64,000 nt of DNA from Planctomycetia bacterium (GTDB taxonomy: Bacteria; Planctomycetota; UBA8108; SXIK01), in assembly GCA_005772855.1 (NCBI GenBank), contig SXIK01000196.1:2100-66099 (forward strand). Direction: 5' to 3'. Shown here one piece after another: positions 8,944-19,044 of this stretch (its first letter is position 1; the number at the start of each line of letters is the position of its first letter). A model generated the notes under the pieces. That model was not told where the DNA came from. It ran no database searches and saw only the letters and a list, made by a program, of their open reading frames with translations. The translations under genes were made by a program, and so were the position numbers.

Positions 8944-9753
8944 TTACGAGGCCGTTCCAAGCGCAGCGCGAAGCTTTTCGAGGCGCACGCTCGTTGGCGG
9001 ATGGGACTTGAAGTACTGAGATAGCTCGGTGAGTGGGACGCGGCCGTCGGGGCAGATCTCCGCGAGACGCTGGAGGAGGGCTATGATTCCGTGCGGATCG
9101 AAGCCGGCGATCCGGGCAAGGCGCGCGCCGTAGAGATCAGCCTCGAGCTCCTGGTCCTGGCGGTAGCCCTGCACGATGAGCTCCTGCATGCCGCCCGCGA
9201 GGCGGCCGAGAATTGCGCCGCGGCCGAGTGTCAGGACCTGGAAGCCCGTGCGCGCCGCCGTCCTGGCTGCGAGGCTCCGGATTGCGTGGCGCTGATCGAT
9301 GTGGACGACCTCGTGGCCGAGCACGCAGGCGAGCGCGTTGACATCGCCCTGGCACAGCTCGACGAGAGGCCTCGTCACGAAGACCGAGCCGCCCGGGACG
9401 GCGAAGGCGTTGGGTTCCTTCGCCTCGACCACGGTGAAACGATAGGGGATCTGCCGCCGAAGCGTATGCTCGGCGATGCGGGCGCCGATTGCGCGGACAT
9501 GCTCCTGCATCGCCGGATCGCTCGCGACGGGGTTCTCGGCGAGCACACGCATGGCGACGAGCTCTCCGGCCTTTACCTCGTACTTTGCGAGTGGGCTCTG
9601 GTCGATCTCCTCGCCCGTTGCGAGCTCCCTCCCCATGCGGCCGATATCGCCCACTTGCCGCCCGGCCTTGCGGAAGAGCCTGGGCAGGCTTCGCGGGAAA
9701 AGTAGTGCCAGCACAACGAGAAGGACGAGTATGGGGAGCAGCCAGGCTTTCAT
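8944..9753 (-). CDS. M48-family zinc metallopeptidase, membrane-anchored
   Basis: HEVVH (HExxH) zinc motif in LGHEVVHIDQRH. N-terminal TM helix MKAWLLPILVLLVVLALLF. The ORF-track N-terminal extension (to 9954) reads through an intergenic repeat element and is rejected. Confidence 0.7.
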   Translation of the reverse strand: MKAWLLPILVLLVVLALLFPRSLPRLFRKAGRQVGDIGRMGRELATGEEIDQSPLAKYEVKAGELVAMRVLAENPVASDPAMQEHVRAIGARIAEHTLRRQIPYRFTVVEAKEPNAFAVPGGSVFVTRPLVELCQGDVNALACVLGHEVVHIDQRHAIRSLAARTAARTGFQVLTLGRGAILGRLAGGMQELIVQGYRQDQELEADLYGARLARIAGFDPHGIIALLQRLAEICPDGRVPLTELSQYFKSHPPTSVRLEKLRAALGTAS

Positions 9754-9802
9754 TCGGCGGTGAGCTCGAGGTGGTTGAAGACGCAGGGAAAATTTGATTG
9801 TA

Positions 9803-9915
9803 CTCGTCGCGGGGGGAAGACCTACCCCGCATCGGGGCGCCTGGTGGCGCCCGCCCCCCCCTCGGCGCTCGAAAAGCGCCGGGCGCCTCGGGCGCTGACG
9901 GTGGGTGAGCCCTTC
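9803..9915 (+). repeat. Intergenic repeat element, copy B (5' module plus a variant palindromic module; lacks the 3' module)
   Basis: Shares ctcg.cg.ggg..gaagacct.ccccgc..cgg.cgcct.g..ggcgcc with copy A, followed by the ggcgctcgaaaagcgcc palindrome and gacggtgggtgag. Contains a C9 tract. Confidence 0.55.
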
Positions 9916-10109
9916 TGTTTCGTGAGATGGAGACGAAGCCTCCATGCGGTTCAATCAGGACCTGGAACCCCCTCCGGTCGCCGGGCCCGCCGTCGAGCTT
10001 GACGTGGGTCTGTGTCTCCTGATCGCCACCGGCTATTCAGCTTCCTCCGTGTGCGGTACGATCTGCATCTCGGGTCTCAATCTCAGAGAACCAGTTACCA
10101 GGAACATCC

Positions 10110-11744
10110 ATGCCGACCGATCTCCAGTACGAACAGTCCGTGATTAGACTTCCGATCCTCGAGATTGCTGCCAGGCTCGGCCTCAAGGAGTCCGAGGTGC
10201 TGCCGTATGGCCGCGTGATCGCAAAATTGCCCATCGGCAACGTCCGCAAGCCTTCAAAGGGCCTCGGGAAACTAGTCCTCGTGACGGCCATGACACCCAC
10301 GCCTTCTGGCGTCGGCAAGACAACGATCACGATTGGGCTTGGCGACGCCCTGAACCGAATTGGGAAGAAGGCAAGCGTTTGCCTTCGAGAACCCTCGCTC
10401 GGCCCCTACTTCGGGGTCAAGGGTGGTGGCACCGGCGGCGGCCGGTCGCAGCTCACGCCCGCCGAGGACATCAACATGCACTTCACCGGCGACATCTCCG
10501 CTGTCGGGAAGGCCACGAACCTGCTCGCCGCCCTCATCGACAACCACCTGCACCACAAGAACCGGCTCGACATCGATCAACGTCGCATATCGTGGCGCCG
10601 AACGCTCGACCTGAACGATCGAGCCCTGCGCAACATCGTGATCGGCCTGGGCGGTCCCCAGGACGGTATTCCCCGAAACGATGGGTTTCTCATTACCCCT
10701 GCTTCCGAGATCATGGCGATCCTGTGCCTGGCGGAGGACTTTCCCGATCTGCGCCGCCGCATCCGGAAGATCATTTTTGGATATACACGAAGCGGCGATC
10801 CTGTCTCGTGCGATCGTTTGAAGGCCGACGCGGCCATGGCGGTGCTGCTTCGCGATGCGATCCTGCCCAACCTCGTACAGACACTCGAGCGGACTCCTGC
10901 CTTCGTGCATGGCGGGCCCTTCGCGAACATCGCCCACGGCTGCTCCAGCGTGATCGCGACTCGCATGTCACTTGGGCTCTCCGAGTACACCGTGACCGAG
11001 GCCGGCTTCGGGGCCGACCTGGGCGGAGAGAAGTTCTTCGACATCAAGTGCCGGCTTGCGGGGCTCAAGCCAAACGTCGCCGTGATCGTCACCACGGTCA
11101 AGTCGGTCGACTACCACGGTGGCTACCAGAAGCATGGAGGGTTTGACAACTTGCGTCGCCACGTCGAGAACGTCCGCAAGTTCGGCGTGACGCCTGTCGT
11201 GGCCATCAACACCTTTCCTGACGACTCTCCTGCGGCTTTGAAGAAGCTGCGCAAGTTCGTGGAGAGGATGGGAGTTGCCTGCGGCGTCTCGCAGATGTAC
11301 TCGAAGGGCAGCGGGGGGGGAACAGAGCTCGCCGAGTTGGTGGTTGGGGCCGCCGAAAAAGGGAGATCACGCTTCAAGCCAATCTACAGGCTCGAATGTG
11401 GAATCCGTGAGAAGATTGAAACCATTGCGAAGGAAATTTACCGCGCCCGGAAGGTACACTTCGAGAAGCCGGCCGAGGAGATGATGGACAAGATCGAATC
11501 TCTGGGACATGGAAACCTTCCCATTTGCATGGCAAAGACGCAGATGTCCTTCACCGACAATCCGAAGGTCCGTGGGGCTCCGGAGGGCTTTGAGATCACC
11601 GTGAACCAGGTGAACTTGAGCGCCGGGGCTGGCTTCGTTGTGGCTCAGGCCGGCAATATCGTGACGCTGCCTGGCCTCCCCAGGGTGCCTGCGGCGGAAA
11701 GAGTCAAGATCGATGAGGAGGGTAACCTCCTTGGCATGGTGTGA
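10110..11744 (+). CDS. fhs: Formate--tetrahydrofolate ligase (formyltetrahydrofolate synthetase)
   Basis: 544 aa with full-length FTHFS similarity: P-loop TPTPSGVGKTTITIGL, EPSLGPYFGVKGGGTGGG, GFGADLGGEKFFDIKCR. Confidence 0.9.
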   Translation: MPTDLQYEQSVIRLPILEIAARLGLKESEVLPYGRVIAKLPIGNVRKPSKGLGKLVLVTAMTPTPSGVGKTTITIGLGDALNRIGKKASVCLREPSLGPYFGVKGGGTGGGRSQLTPAEDINMHFTGDISAVGKATNLLAALIDNHLHHKNRLDIDQRRISWRRTLDLNDRALRNIVIGLGGPQDGIPRNDGFLITPASEIMAILCLAEDFPDLRRRIRKIIFGYTRSGDPVSCDRLKADAAMAVLLRDAILPNLVQTLERTPAFVHGGPFANIAHGCSSVIATRMSLGLSEYTVTEAGFGADLGGEKFFDIKCRLAGLKPNVAVIVTTVKSVDYHGGYQKHGGFDNLRRHVENVRKFGVTPVVAINTFPDDSPAALKKLRKFVERMGVACGVSQMYSKGSGGGTELAELVVGAAEKGRSRFKPIYRLECGIREKIETIAKEIYRARKVHFEKPAEEMMDKIESLGHGNLPICMAKTQMSFTDNPKVRGAPEGFEITVNQVNLSAGAGFVVAQAGNIVTLPGLPRVPAAERVKIDEEGNLLGMV

Positions 11745-13216
11745 GCAACCCGCAGAGCATCCCTGAGGTGATTCGTACGATTCCGCGACGGCCTCCACCC
11801 TTTGTGGTGCCGGCGACGAGGAAGCCGTGGGTCATGTTCGCGATTCTCACCGCCAATGTCAGCGTGTTCGTGGTCAAGACGATTTACGGCCGGGAGGGCG
11901 ATGAATGGGTTTTGAATCACCTGGCTCATGACAAGTTTGCCGTGGCCCAGGGCGAGCTCTGGCGTCTCTGGACGAGCACCTACCTGCACCCTGTGTGGAT
12001 CCACCTGGGCTTCAACATGCTCGTTCACTTCCAGATGGGGAGCGTCATCGAGCGAGTTCTCGGTCACTGGCGTTACTTCGTCCTCTACACGCTCTCGGGC
12101 CTTGGAGGAGCTCTGCTCTTCCAGTCTGCAGGAGCCTCGGGCGAGGGCATGGGGGCGTCGGGAGCGATCTACGGCGTGGCTGGTGCCTACGTGCTGATCG
12201 CGCTGGCGCGTACGCCGGAAGGGGACATTCGCCCCAACTTGAAGCTGATGGGCATGTGCGCCTTCTTCGTCGTGGGTGACCAGGTCTTTGCCTATGCCTG
12301 GGAGCAGGCGAACGGCGTCCTGCAGATTGCGCTGAGCGCGCATTTTGGCGGGCTAGTCTCGGGGCTTCTCCTCGGCTACGCACTTGTGCCGAGGCCGGCC
12401 GGGGTGGCACCTTCCGCCTCTCGCCGTCGCTGTGTCGCTGGAGCCATCTTCGGGTTGCTGGCTGTGGGAACAGGTTTGTATGGGATTGTGATCCTTGAGC
12501 ATCCAGAGAATCTGCCTCGATCCCTCCAGAGGGTCCTGGTTGAGCGAGCCAAGCTGGAAGCTCTCGAGAAGGAGATCAAGGCTGAGAAGTTTGAGGCGGC
12601 CGTGGATCTCTGGCGAAGCCTGGATCTCGGTGACGAGGCCGCAAGTCGCAGCGTCGGATACGGTCTCTTCGATGACCTCATGGCCGTGGGCAAGCAACCG
12701 CTCGCACAGGAAGTGTTAAATACACTCATCGCTTCCGCGGAGGCAGAGCTGGTAGCACGTTCCAGGGTGAAGTCGAAGGATCCGAAGCACGCACCTACCC
12801 ACGAGCTCTTCAATGAAATTGCGTGGTTACACGCGTTGAGGGGCACGAGCCTCGATGCTGCTTTACAGTTTGTCGACGAAGCCATCGCGCTACTGAATGC
12901 GGAGCGGACCGGCGTCTGGCGGTTTCTCCCTCGCAGCCGTGAGTCGCTCTTGCGCGAGAGCATGTACGTCAACACCCGCGGTTGGCTCCACCTCCGGCGC
13001 GGGGACGTCAGGGAGGCGATTGCGGATCTCGAGGCGGCAGCGAAGCTCATGCCCCTGGGCGCAAACTTCCTCTATCTTGCCCTCGCCCACGACCGCCTTG
13101 GCAATGCCAAGGCGGTGAAGGAAGCCGGCCGGAGCGCCGATTCCTGCCGCGATCAGCTTTCACCTTACGAGACAAAGCTTCTCGAGGAGCTGCGCGATTC
13201 GCTTGGCGGGTTTTGA
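11741..13216 (+). CDS. Rhomboid-family intramembrane serine protease fused to a C-terminal TPR-like domain
   Basis: Rhomboid core with GASGAIYGV (GxSG catalytic Ser) and downstream AHFGGLVSGLLLG (catalytic His), several TM helices, and a soluble helical-repeat tail. ATGA overlap with the fhs stop. Confidence 0.75.
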   Translation: MSNPQSIPEVIRTIPRRPPPFVVPATRKPWVMFAILTANVSVFVVKTIYGREGDEWVLNHLAHDKFAVAQGELWRLWTSTYLHPVWIHLGFNMLVHFQMGSVIERVLGHWRYFVLYTLSGLGGALLFQSAGASGEGMGASGAIYGVAGAYVLIALARTPEGDIRPNLKLMGMCAFFVVGDQVFAYAWEQANGVLQIALSAHFGGLVSGLLLGYALVPRPAGVAPSASRRRCVAGAIFGLLAVGTGLYGIVILEHPENLPRSLQRVLVERAKLEALEKEIKAEKFEAAVDLWRSLDLGDEAASRSVGYGLFDDLMAVGKQPLAQEVLNTLIASAEAELVARSRVKSKDPKHAPTHELFNEIAWLHALRGTSLDAALQFVDEAIALLNAERTGVWRFLPRSRESLLRESMYVNTRGWLHLRRGDVREAIADLEAAAKLMPLGANFLYLALAHDRLGNAKAVKEAGRSADSCRDQLSPYETKLLEELRDSLGGF

Positions 13217-13219
13217 GGA

Positions 13220-14971
13220 TCACTCCGGTTTTGCCCACTCCGTGATCTGGGCCCTTTGCGACTTGCACCACTCCAGGAGGATCTTGCGGTAGGCCTCGGA
13301 CTTCCCGGGGTAGCGGGCGCTCAAGTCCACTCGCTCTGCTGGATCAAGGTGGACGTCGAAGAGTTTTGTGCGGCCTGACTCAATCTCGTGGATCGCCTTC
13401 CAGTTGCCATCACGGAGGCCAGCGAGGGCGAGTGAGTAGTCGGTAAGGAAAAGCGCCATGCGCTGGGGGCCATGCAGCAAGGATCGGCCTTGCCACTCCG
13501 ACGGCGCCTCGAGTCCGAGGAGGTCGAGGACCGTCGGTGCAAGGTCGATCAGGCTCGCGATCCGGCCCAGACGCTGGCCTTGCTCGATGATTCCGGACGC
13601 CAGAACCAAACAAGGCACGCGCACGTTTTCTTCCCAGATAAAGAAGGTGTGCCCGTAGTTTCCCTCGTGCTGGTTGAAGGCCTCGCCATGGTCGCCAGCG
13701 AAGAGGAAAACAGTATTGTTCTCAAGACCGCGCTGTTGAAGTCCCTGCAGGAGCTGTGCGAGCGCCGTGTCCGAGTAGTGGAGCGCGTTCTTGTGGCGGT
13801 CGGGCTCCTCGCGATCGGGGAAGGGGCCCTTCTCTGGCGTCTCGTAAGGGTGGTGACCCGCGACTGGGAGGTAAGTGGCGAAGAATGGAGAGCCGCTCGG
13901 CAGTGAGTCGATCCAGTCGAGAACTCGACGCACGGCAGAGGGCTCGTCGATACCGAAACTCGAGTTGTGGTTGCCGCCAATGTCGCCCGCGTCCTCGACC
14001 ACCTCGAAGCCACGGTCGCGTACGATCGCCTCCATCCCAAGGTACATGAACCGGCCCGAGTGGAAGAGGCCGGTCTTGTACCCATTCCGCGACAGGACGG
14101 CGGCGATCGATGGAACGTTTACGTTGCCATGCATCTCCGGCTTCGTGTCGAGTGCCGGATAGAGGGATGTGAGCACCGAGAAGAGCCCCTTGATACTCTC
14201 GGGGTAGACGCAGTAGGCAGCCTCGAAGAGCAGAGCTTGGTTGGCGAGGTGTGTCAGGTGGGGCATCGGGTCATCGTTCGCGCCGTAGGGCTTCAGGGAC
14301 CGCGAACCCGTTGACTCGAGCATCATGAGGACGATGTTTCGGCCGCGGGCCTTGCCACGGAGTCGGCTCAAGTCCTCTGCGGGCGCCGAGCCAAACGGGC
14401 TCTCACGCCAGTCTCCGGCAAGCGCCTTTGACTCAATGCGGGGCAGAAAGCTCGTGACGAGCACTGCCAGGGCGTTTCGGTCAGCACCGCCTGTATCGAC
14501 GCGAGCCGAGAGTGTCGGACCGACGGAGGCGAGCGCGAGGCCGAAGGTGCCTGCCAGCCAGCAGACCTTGCGAGGCGTCTTCCAGAGGGCCCATGGCAGC
14601 AAGGCCGCCGCCAGGAGCACAACACTGATCCAGCACAGGTTCTCTGGAATTACCTGTTGGCGGATCGAGTCGCCGAGCGTGCCTCGAGCGGCTCGCAGCA
14701 TGGGCCAGGTGAGGGGTGTCGAGAGTACCCGGGCGACGCCGACATTGACCGCCGTGTAAAAGGAGAGGCCACCGTAGAGAATCCAGCTCGGCCACGATGT
14801 CCCCCTTGCAATACGACAGAGGATCCAGTCGATGCCCGCGAAGACGAGCGCGGTGGCCGCATCCTGCGCCAGGAGGGAGAGTGGCAAGAGTGGAGAGAAG
14901 GGGACCGGGTGAAACGAGATCACGAGGGCTCTTGCCACCACGAAGACCCCGAAGAGGCTCAACGCTCGCAT
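13220..14971 (-). CDS. Sulfatase-family membrane protein (LTA synthase / phosphoglycerol- or phosphoethanolamine-transferase-like)
   Basis: N-terminal polytopic membrane region, then an alkaline-phosphatase-superfamily domain (NIVLMMLESTGSRSL, GDHGEAF). Its start overlaps the end of the upstream gene. Confidence 0.7.
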   Translation of the reverse strand: MRALSLFGVFVVARALVISFHPVPFSPLLPLSLLAQDAATALVFAGIDWILCRIARGTSWPSWILYGGLSFYTAVNVGVARVLSTPLTWPMLRAARGTLGDSIRQQVIPENLCWISVVLLAAALLPWALWKTPRKVCWLAGTFGLALASVGPTLSARVDTGGADRNALAVLVTSFLPRIESKALAGDWRESPFGSAPAEDLSRLRGKARGRNIVLMMLESTGSRSLKPYGANDDPMPHLTHLANQALLFEAAYCVYPESIKGLFSVLTSLYPALDTKPEMHGNVNVPSIAAVLSRNGYKTGLFHSGRFMYLGMEAIVRDRGFEVVEDAGDIGGNHNSSFGIDEPSAVRRVLDWIDSLPSGSPFFATYLPVAGHHPYETPEKGPFPDREEPDRHKNALHYSDTALAQLLQGLQQRGLENNTVFLFAGDHGEAFNQHEGNYGHTFFIWEENVRVPCLVLASGIIEQGQRLGRIASLIDLAPTVLDLLGLEAPSEWQGRSLLHGPQRMALFLTDYSLALAGLRDGNWKAIHEIESGRTKLFDVHLDPAERVDLSARYPGKSEAYRKILLEWCKSQRAQITEWAKPE

Positions 14972-16158
14972 GGCAGCTCGGCAGGTTCGAGAAGGTTGAT
15001 TCGCTTCAGGAGCAGGGGTGAAACGACTGCGTTCCGTCCACGCACGTTCCAGATCCAGTCATGGATCAGCCACCGCCCTGATGCGGATTGGTAAAGGGCC
15101 TCACGGTCACCCTGAAAGGCGAGGGGGATCACGACCAGGTCGCTCGATCCGTGCACGATCGGATCAAACGCGGCGTGCACCAGCTCCACACGATCGCCAA
15201 GGAAGGGCCTGGCTCGCTCGAGGCTCTCGAGCGACACGTCGAGCACGATGATTCGAGCATGAGGCAGGAGCTTCTCAAGGATCAACGCCGTGCGGGGGAA
15301 GAGACCGCCGCCAACCACGGTGACGCTCTTGATCGGAGCGAGCCCACTCAGCAGCTCTCGCAGCGCGCGTTCGTGCGAGCGAAGAACGAAACCTTGAAGC
15401 CTCCTCGACCGTAGCACGATTCGCTCAAGCGAGTTGAGCGAGATCGCTTCCTGGAGCGTATCGATCCATCGAAGGACTGCTGGCCAACGGCTCGTGGGGG
15501 CGTTGGCCGCTCTCGTCCGCGGAAGCTCCGACCAGTGAAGCCCCGGAGCGGCATGGTGCTCGACGTGGTAGCCATCGTTGAAGAAGAGCCAGTTGTAGAG
15601 CCTGCCGTGGTGGCTGATCGTCCCCCTGGAGTGTTCGTAGTGGCCGTGAATGGAGCAAAGAGTGAGGCCGATGACGTAGCCTGGCAGATAAGCCGTAAAA
15701 AAGAACTGTGGAGCCGTGATTCCGAGCGTGGTTGAGACGCCCAGAATGAGGGAGATCTCGAGTGCAAGCCGTCCACTCCAGCGGAAGCTCCAACACCGAT
15801 TAGCGTGGTGGGCCAGGTGGCGCTCCCGCCAAATCGTCTGCGGGATGCCGAGCAAAGTCGTGAGGCAAAGCGAGAATGCCTCGTTCAGCCATCGAGCGCG
15901 GAAAAACGGCTTGTGGATGAAGCTGTGCGAAATGGTGTTGGAATTCCACCAGACGCCAAGGGCGACGACAGGTAGCGGGTTCACCGGTAGCGCACTTGCG
16001 CAGAGCAACAGGACGGCGTGTGTGGCCGTCAAGCCAATGAATAGAGCATCTTTGCGGGAATGCCGGAGTATTGCTGTGGATTCCATGGGGGCACTGGGAG
16101 GCCACGGAGCCTTTGAGGTCGGACCGCTGGGGTCTGCAGCCGCCCACATGGGCGTCAC
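14959..16158 (-). CDS. Membrane fatty-acid desaturase domain fused to a C-terminal Rossmann-like domain of unknown function
   Basis: Three His boxes (HSFIHKPF, HLAHHANR, HVEHHAAPGLHW) typical of membrane desaturases/hydroxylases. C-terminal ~170 aa carries VTVVGGGLFPRTALIL...RIIVLDV, a nucleotide-binding-like strand-loop. Confidence 0.65.
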   Translation of the reverse strand: MTPMWAAADPSGPTSKAPWPPSAPMESTAILRHSRKDALFIGLTATHAVLLLCASALPVNPLPVVALGVWWNSNTISHSFIHKPFFRARWLNEAFSLCLTTLLGIPQTIWRERHLAHHANRCWSFRWSGRLALEISLILGVSTTLGITAPQFFFTAYLPGYVIGLTLCSIHGHYEHSRGTISHHGRLYNWLFFNDGYHVEHHAAPGLHWSELPRTRAANAPTSRWPAVLRWIDTLQEAISLNSLERIVLRSRRLQGFVLRSHERALRELLSGLAPIKSVTVVGGGLFPRTALILEKLLPHARIIVLDVSLESLERARPFLGDRVELVHAAFDPIVHGSSDLVVIPLAFQGDREALYQSASGRWLIHDWIWNVRGRNAVVSPLLLKRINLLEPAELPCER

Positions 16159-17135
16159 GGCGAGGTTGGAATCAATCCCGATTGCGGGAACGGCGGCGGC
16201 GGAGCCTGCCCACCCTGAAAGAGGTACATGAGCAGGTACACGGGATCGGTCAACGCCAACCCGCCGCTTCCGTCCATGTCGCCGGCAGCGAGCGGCTGCG
16301 GGGGCTTGCCGCCCGCGAACAGGTAGAGCAGGTCAAAAACGGCGTCGGAGAGGTCGACCTCAAGGTCGCCGTTGGCGTCGCCACGCAGAAACGGCAACTG
16401 AAAGCATGCGGACGCAGTTTGCCCCTGCCACTTGTCGTCAACAGCCCATACCCTCCAGGAATACTCCCGCCCGGCTTCAAGCTGAGTTGAGGGGGTCCAG
16501 GACGTCTTGTTATCTTCACCAGGCTGCACGTCGGCGCTATCGAGCCGCAGGCCGTTTGAGTGGAGCTCAAAGTTGTACACACTGTCGGCGTGCTCTGGCG
16601 TGAGGATATTACGCACCACCAGGGTGACCGGGCCAGGCGTCACGGCGCGCGATCCGTCCTGTGGTTGGAGCGGTCTCGCCAAGCTCAGGAGGTCCGCGAT
16701 CGGCTGGTACTCTGAGTTGCTTTGGAATTTCGTGAGGCCCTGCGCAATTGGATAGACGTCGGGCCTGCCGGGATCCTCACATCCGCCGCGAACGCTGCCA
16801 GTGAGCTGATAACGGCTCGCGAAACCGACGCACTCGTCCTTGCCAGCAAGCTCCGAAAGGTCGGACCACTCGCTGAGGGTCGCCTTCACGTTATTTGGAT
16901 CGACGGAGTAGTAAAGGAATCCGCGCACAGGAGGCTTGTAGGTATCCCCCATCCCGGGGCCTGTGTTGAGGGAGAACGCTCCCCAGATCTGCGTCCGTTC
17001 CGGCGCCTCCGCCGAAGGCTCGAAGACCACCTTGTCAACGATGGCATAGATCCCCACCGGGTCGCTCGCCCGCAGTGCCATGTCCGTGAGCAAGAAAGAA
17101 ACCAGGCACGTCACCATCCGCGAGGCATGACTCAT
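16155..17135 (-). CDS. Secreted protein with FN3-like middle region and C-terminal dockerin-like repeats
   Basis: Signal peptide MSHASRMVTCLVSFLLTDMALRA. C-terminal GDANGDLEVDLSDAVFDLLYLFAGG and GDMDGSGGLALTDPVYLLMYLFQGG repeats, then a Pro-rich tail PPPPFP. Stop/start overlap with the downstream desaturase gene. Confidence 0.5.
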   Translation of the reverse strand: MSHASRMVTCLVSFLLTDMALRASDPVGIYAIVDKVVFEPSAEAPERTQIWGAFSLNTGPGMGDTYKPPVRGFLYYSVDPNNVKATLSEWSDLSELAGKDECVGFASRYQLTGSVRGGCEDPGRPDVYPIAQGLTKFQSNSEYQPIADLLSLARPLQPQDGSRAVTPGPVTLVVRNILTPEHADSVYNFELHSNGLRLDSADVQPGEDNKTSWTPSTQLEAGREYSWRVWAVDDKWQGQTASACFQLPFLRGDANGDLEVDLSDAVFDLLYLFAGGKPPQPLAAGDMDGSGGLALTDPVYLLMYLFQGGQAPPPPFPQSGLIPTSP

Positions 17136-17442
17136 GACTTTACCTCCCTGTGTGCGCAAGATCCGATGCCCTGAGAGACTGTTTATCATAAGGGGCACTG
17201 TCCCCGCCCTGGTAGCGAATCTTTTGCGCCCAACCAGCAGCCACGCTGCTTGAGGAAGCCGTCTCGGGTTACTTCCCCTGGGGCTCTCTGCTTCTTTCCC
17301 GAGGCTCCGGCGACTCTCCGATACAGTAAAGTGCATGGTTCGTGCGCAGCAGATCGCACCTGTAAGTGTGCCCTGCGCAAGAAGCGGATGCCCGGGTGTG
17401 GCGATTGCGGTGTTCGAGGACCTGGAGGCGCCAACTGAATTG

Positions 17443-18585
17443 TTAATCGCTGAGCGCCACCGCCTCGACGCGGCTCACGGACGGGTCGTCCTTTACCGGT
17501 CGCGCATGCCACCAGTTGGCGAGCAGCGATCCGGAGATATTCATCCAGGGCCCAAATATGGCGGGCGCGAGCGCCACGGAGGGGTTTTTTAGCACGTTGA
17601 TGGCAAGAGCCGACGCCATGCCGCCATTCTGCAAACCCACTTCAATGGCGACAGTGCGGCAAGATTTCTCGTCCAGCCCGGCGGCGCGGCTTCCCCAGTA
17701 CCCCAGGACGTAACCCGCTGTGTTGTGGAGTATCTCGGCGCCGAGAAGCAGGAGTCCCACGGTGAGCAACTGATCCCGGCCCACGGCAGTTATTACCACG
17801 ACGGCGACAAGAATGCCCGCCATGGACACGACGGGTAGAGAACGATCAAGCCATTTGGCCTTCCCGTGCAGGAACTTGTTGAAGAGTAGCCCTGCTCCCA
17901 CCGGAATGAGAGTGATGCGGAACACTCCAAGCATCATTTCAAGGAAGTCGATGGGGATGAACTGCCCGGCGAGCAACTTCATCCACATCGGGGTCAGAAT
18001 GGGCGAGCAGAGGGTCGCCAAGGCGGTGACGGTGACTGAAAGAGCGAGATTCGACCCCGCGATGTAGTTCATCACGTTCGAGGCGAGACCAGAGGGAACG
18101 CACCCGATGAGAATGACTCCCGCGGCCACATCGGGCGGGAATTGAATCGTCTTCGCAAGGGCAAACCCGACCAGCGGCATGATGGTGAATTGCAAAGTCA
18201 TTCCGACGATGACCCCCTTGGGCATGAGCAACACCTGGGTGAAGTCGCGCAGGCTCATGGTGGTTCCCATGCCGAACATGATGACCATCAGCACGGGTTC
18301 GATGAGCCCCGTGAGCTTGAACGATCCCCAGTACACGAAAGCCTGGGGATAAAACATGGCAGCAGCCACGCCGGCGAAAATCCAGGCGCTGAAAGCGTAA
18401 CCTTTGAGTGCCGCGCTCCCTCCTGCGTAGATTGCGAGGGCGCTCCACAGGGCGATAAATAATAGCCCTGTGTTCGAAAAGTGCCCGAGAGCGGACATCC
18501 CGAGGATCCCCAGGAGCGCCACAATGCTCAAAGCGAGAACCACATTGCGCAGGCCAGAATGCGCCCGTGCGGCTGAGTCGTTCAT
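17443..18585 (-). CDS. Bile acid:sodium symporter (BASS) family transporter
   Basis: Polytopic membrane protein with BASS-like segments (GLQNGGMASALA, SVALAPAIFGPWMNISGSLLANWW). Start placed at MNDSAARAH, before the first TM. The upstream ORF-track extension is not supported. Confidence 0.7.
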   Translation of the reverse strand: MNDSAARAHSGLRNVVLALSIVALLGILGMSALGHFSNTGLLFIALWSALAIYAGGSAALKGYAFSAWIFAGVAAAMFYPQAFVYWGSFKLTGLIEPVLMVIMFGMGTTMSLRDFTQVLLMPKGVIVGMTLQFTIMPLVGFALAKTIQFPPDVAAGVILIGCVPSGLASNVMNYIAGSNLALSVTVTALATLCSPILTPMWMKLLAGQFIPIDFLEMMLGVFRITLIPVGAGLLFNKFLHGKAKWLDRSLPVVSMAGILVAVVVITAVGRDQLLTVGLLLLGAEILHNTAGYVLGYWGSRAAGLDEKSCRTVAIEVGLQNGGMASALAINVLKNPSVALAPAIFGPWMNISGSLLANWWHARPVKDDPSVSRVEAVALSD

Positions 18586-19044
18586 GGACCCTCCGAGTGC
18601 CAGAAATTTTTTCCAGTAATTCCCAAGAAGTGCCCCGGGGCAAGTCGACAGGAGCCCAAGAGATGCCCGGGCACGCCAGATGCAACGCGCAAATTTACAG
18701 GACGAATCAGAAACCTCTTTGAGAGAAAGATATTTGTCAGCGCGCGGGATTCCCCAGTGAATTCCGGAGAGAGTTTCGTCCAGCTGCGCACTGAGGTCAA
18801 GGTGGAAAACGCTCCCGAGAAGCAGCGAAGGAGTCAGCTGACCGGGAATGCGCCGGCGAACGCCGCACACCAGCGGGGAGAGCCCGCGGTGCCATGCAGG
18901 GTGATTCTTGGCCAATCTATCCGCTTCCCCTGCGGCCGTGTGGATCGGTATGATTCTTGAACTTCAGACGTCTATTTGAGTCCCCAAGGGTAAACAACAA
19001 GAACTTTTTCTGGCGAAACTTTTCCCCCTCGACCATCCATATCC

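Noticed and set aside
8944-9954. N-terminal 67-aa extension of the M48 peptidase ORF (MNRMEASS...RRGGGGRHQ...)
   Set aside because: The extension is the translation of intergenic repeat copy B. The real start is the ATG at 9753 that begins the TM helix.
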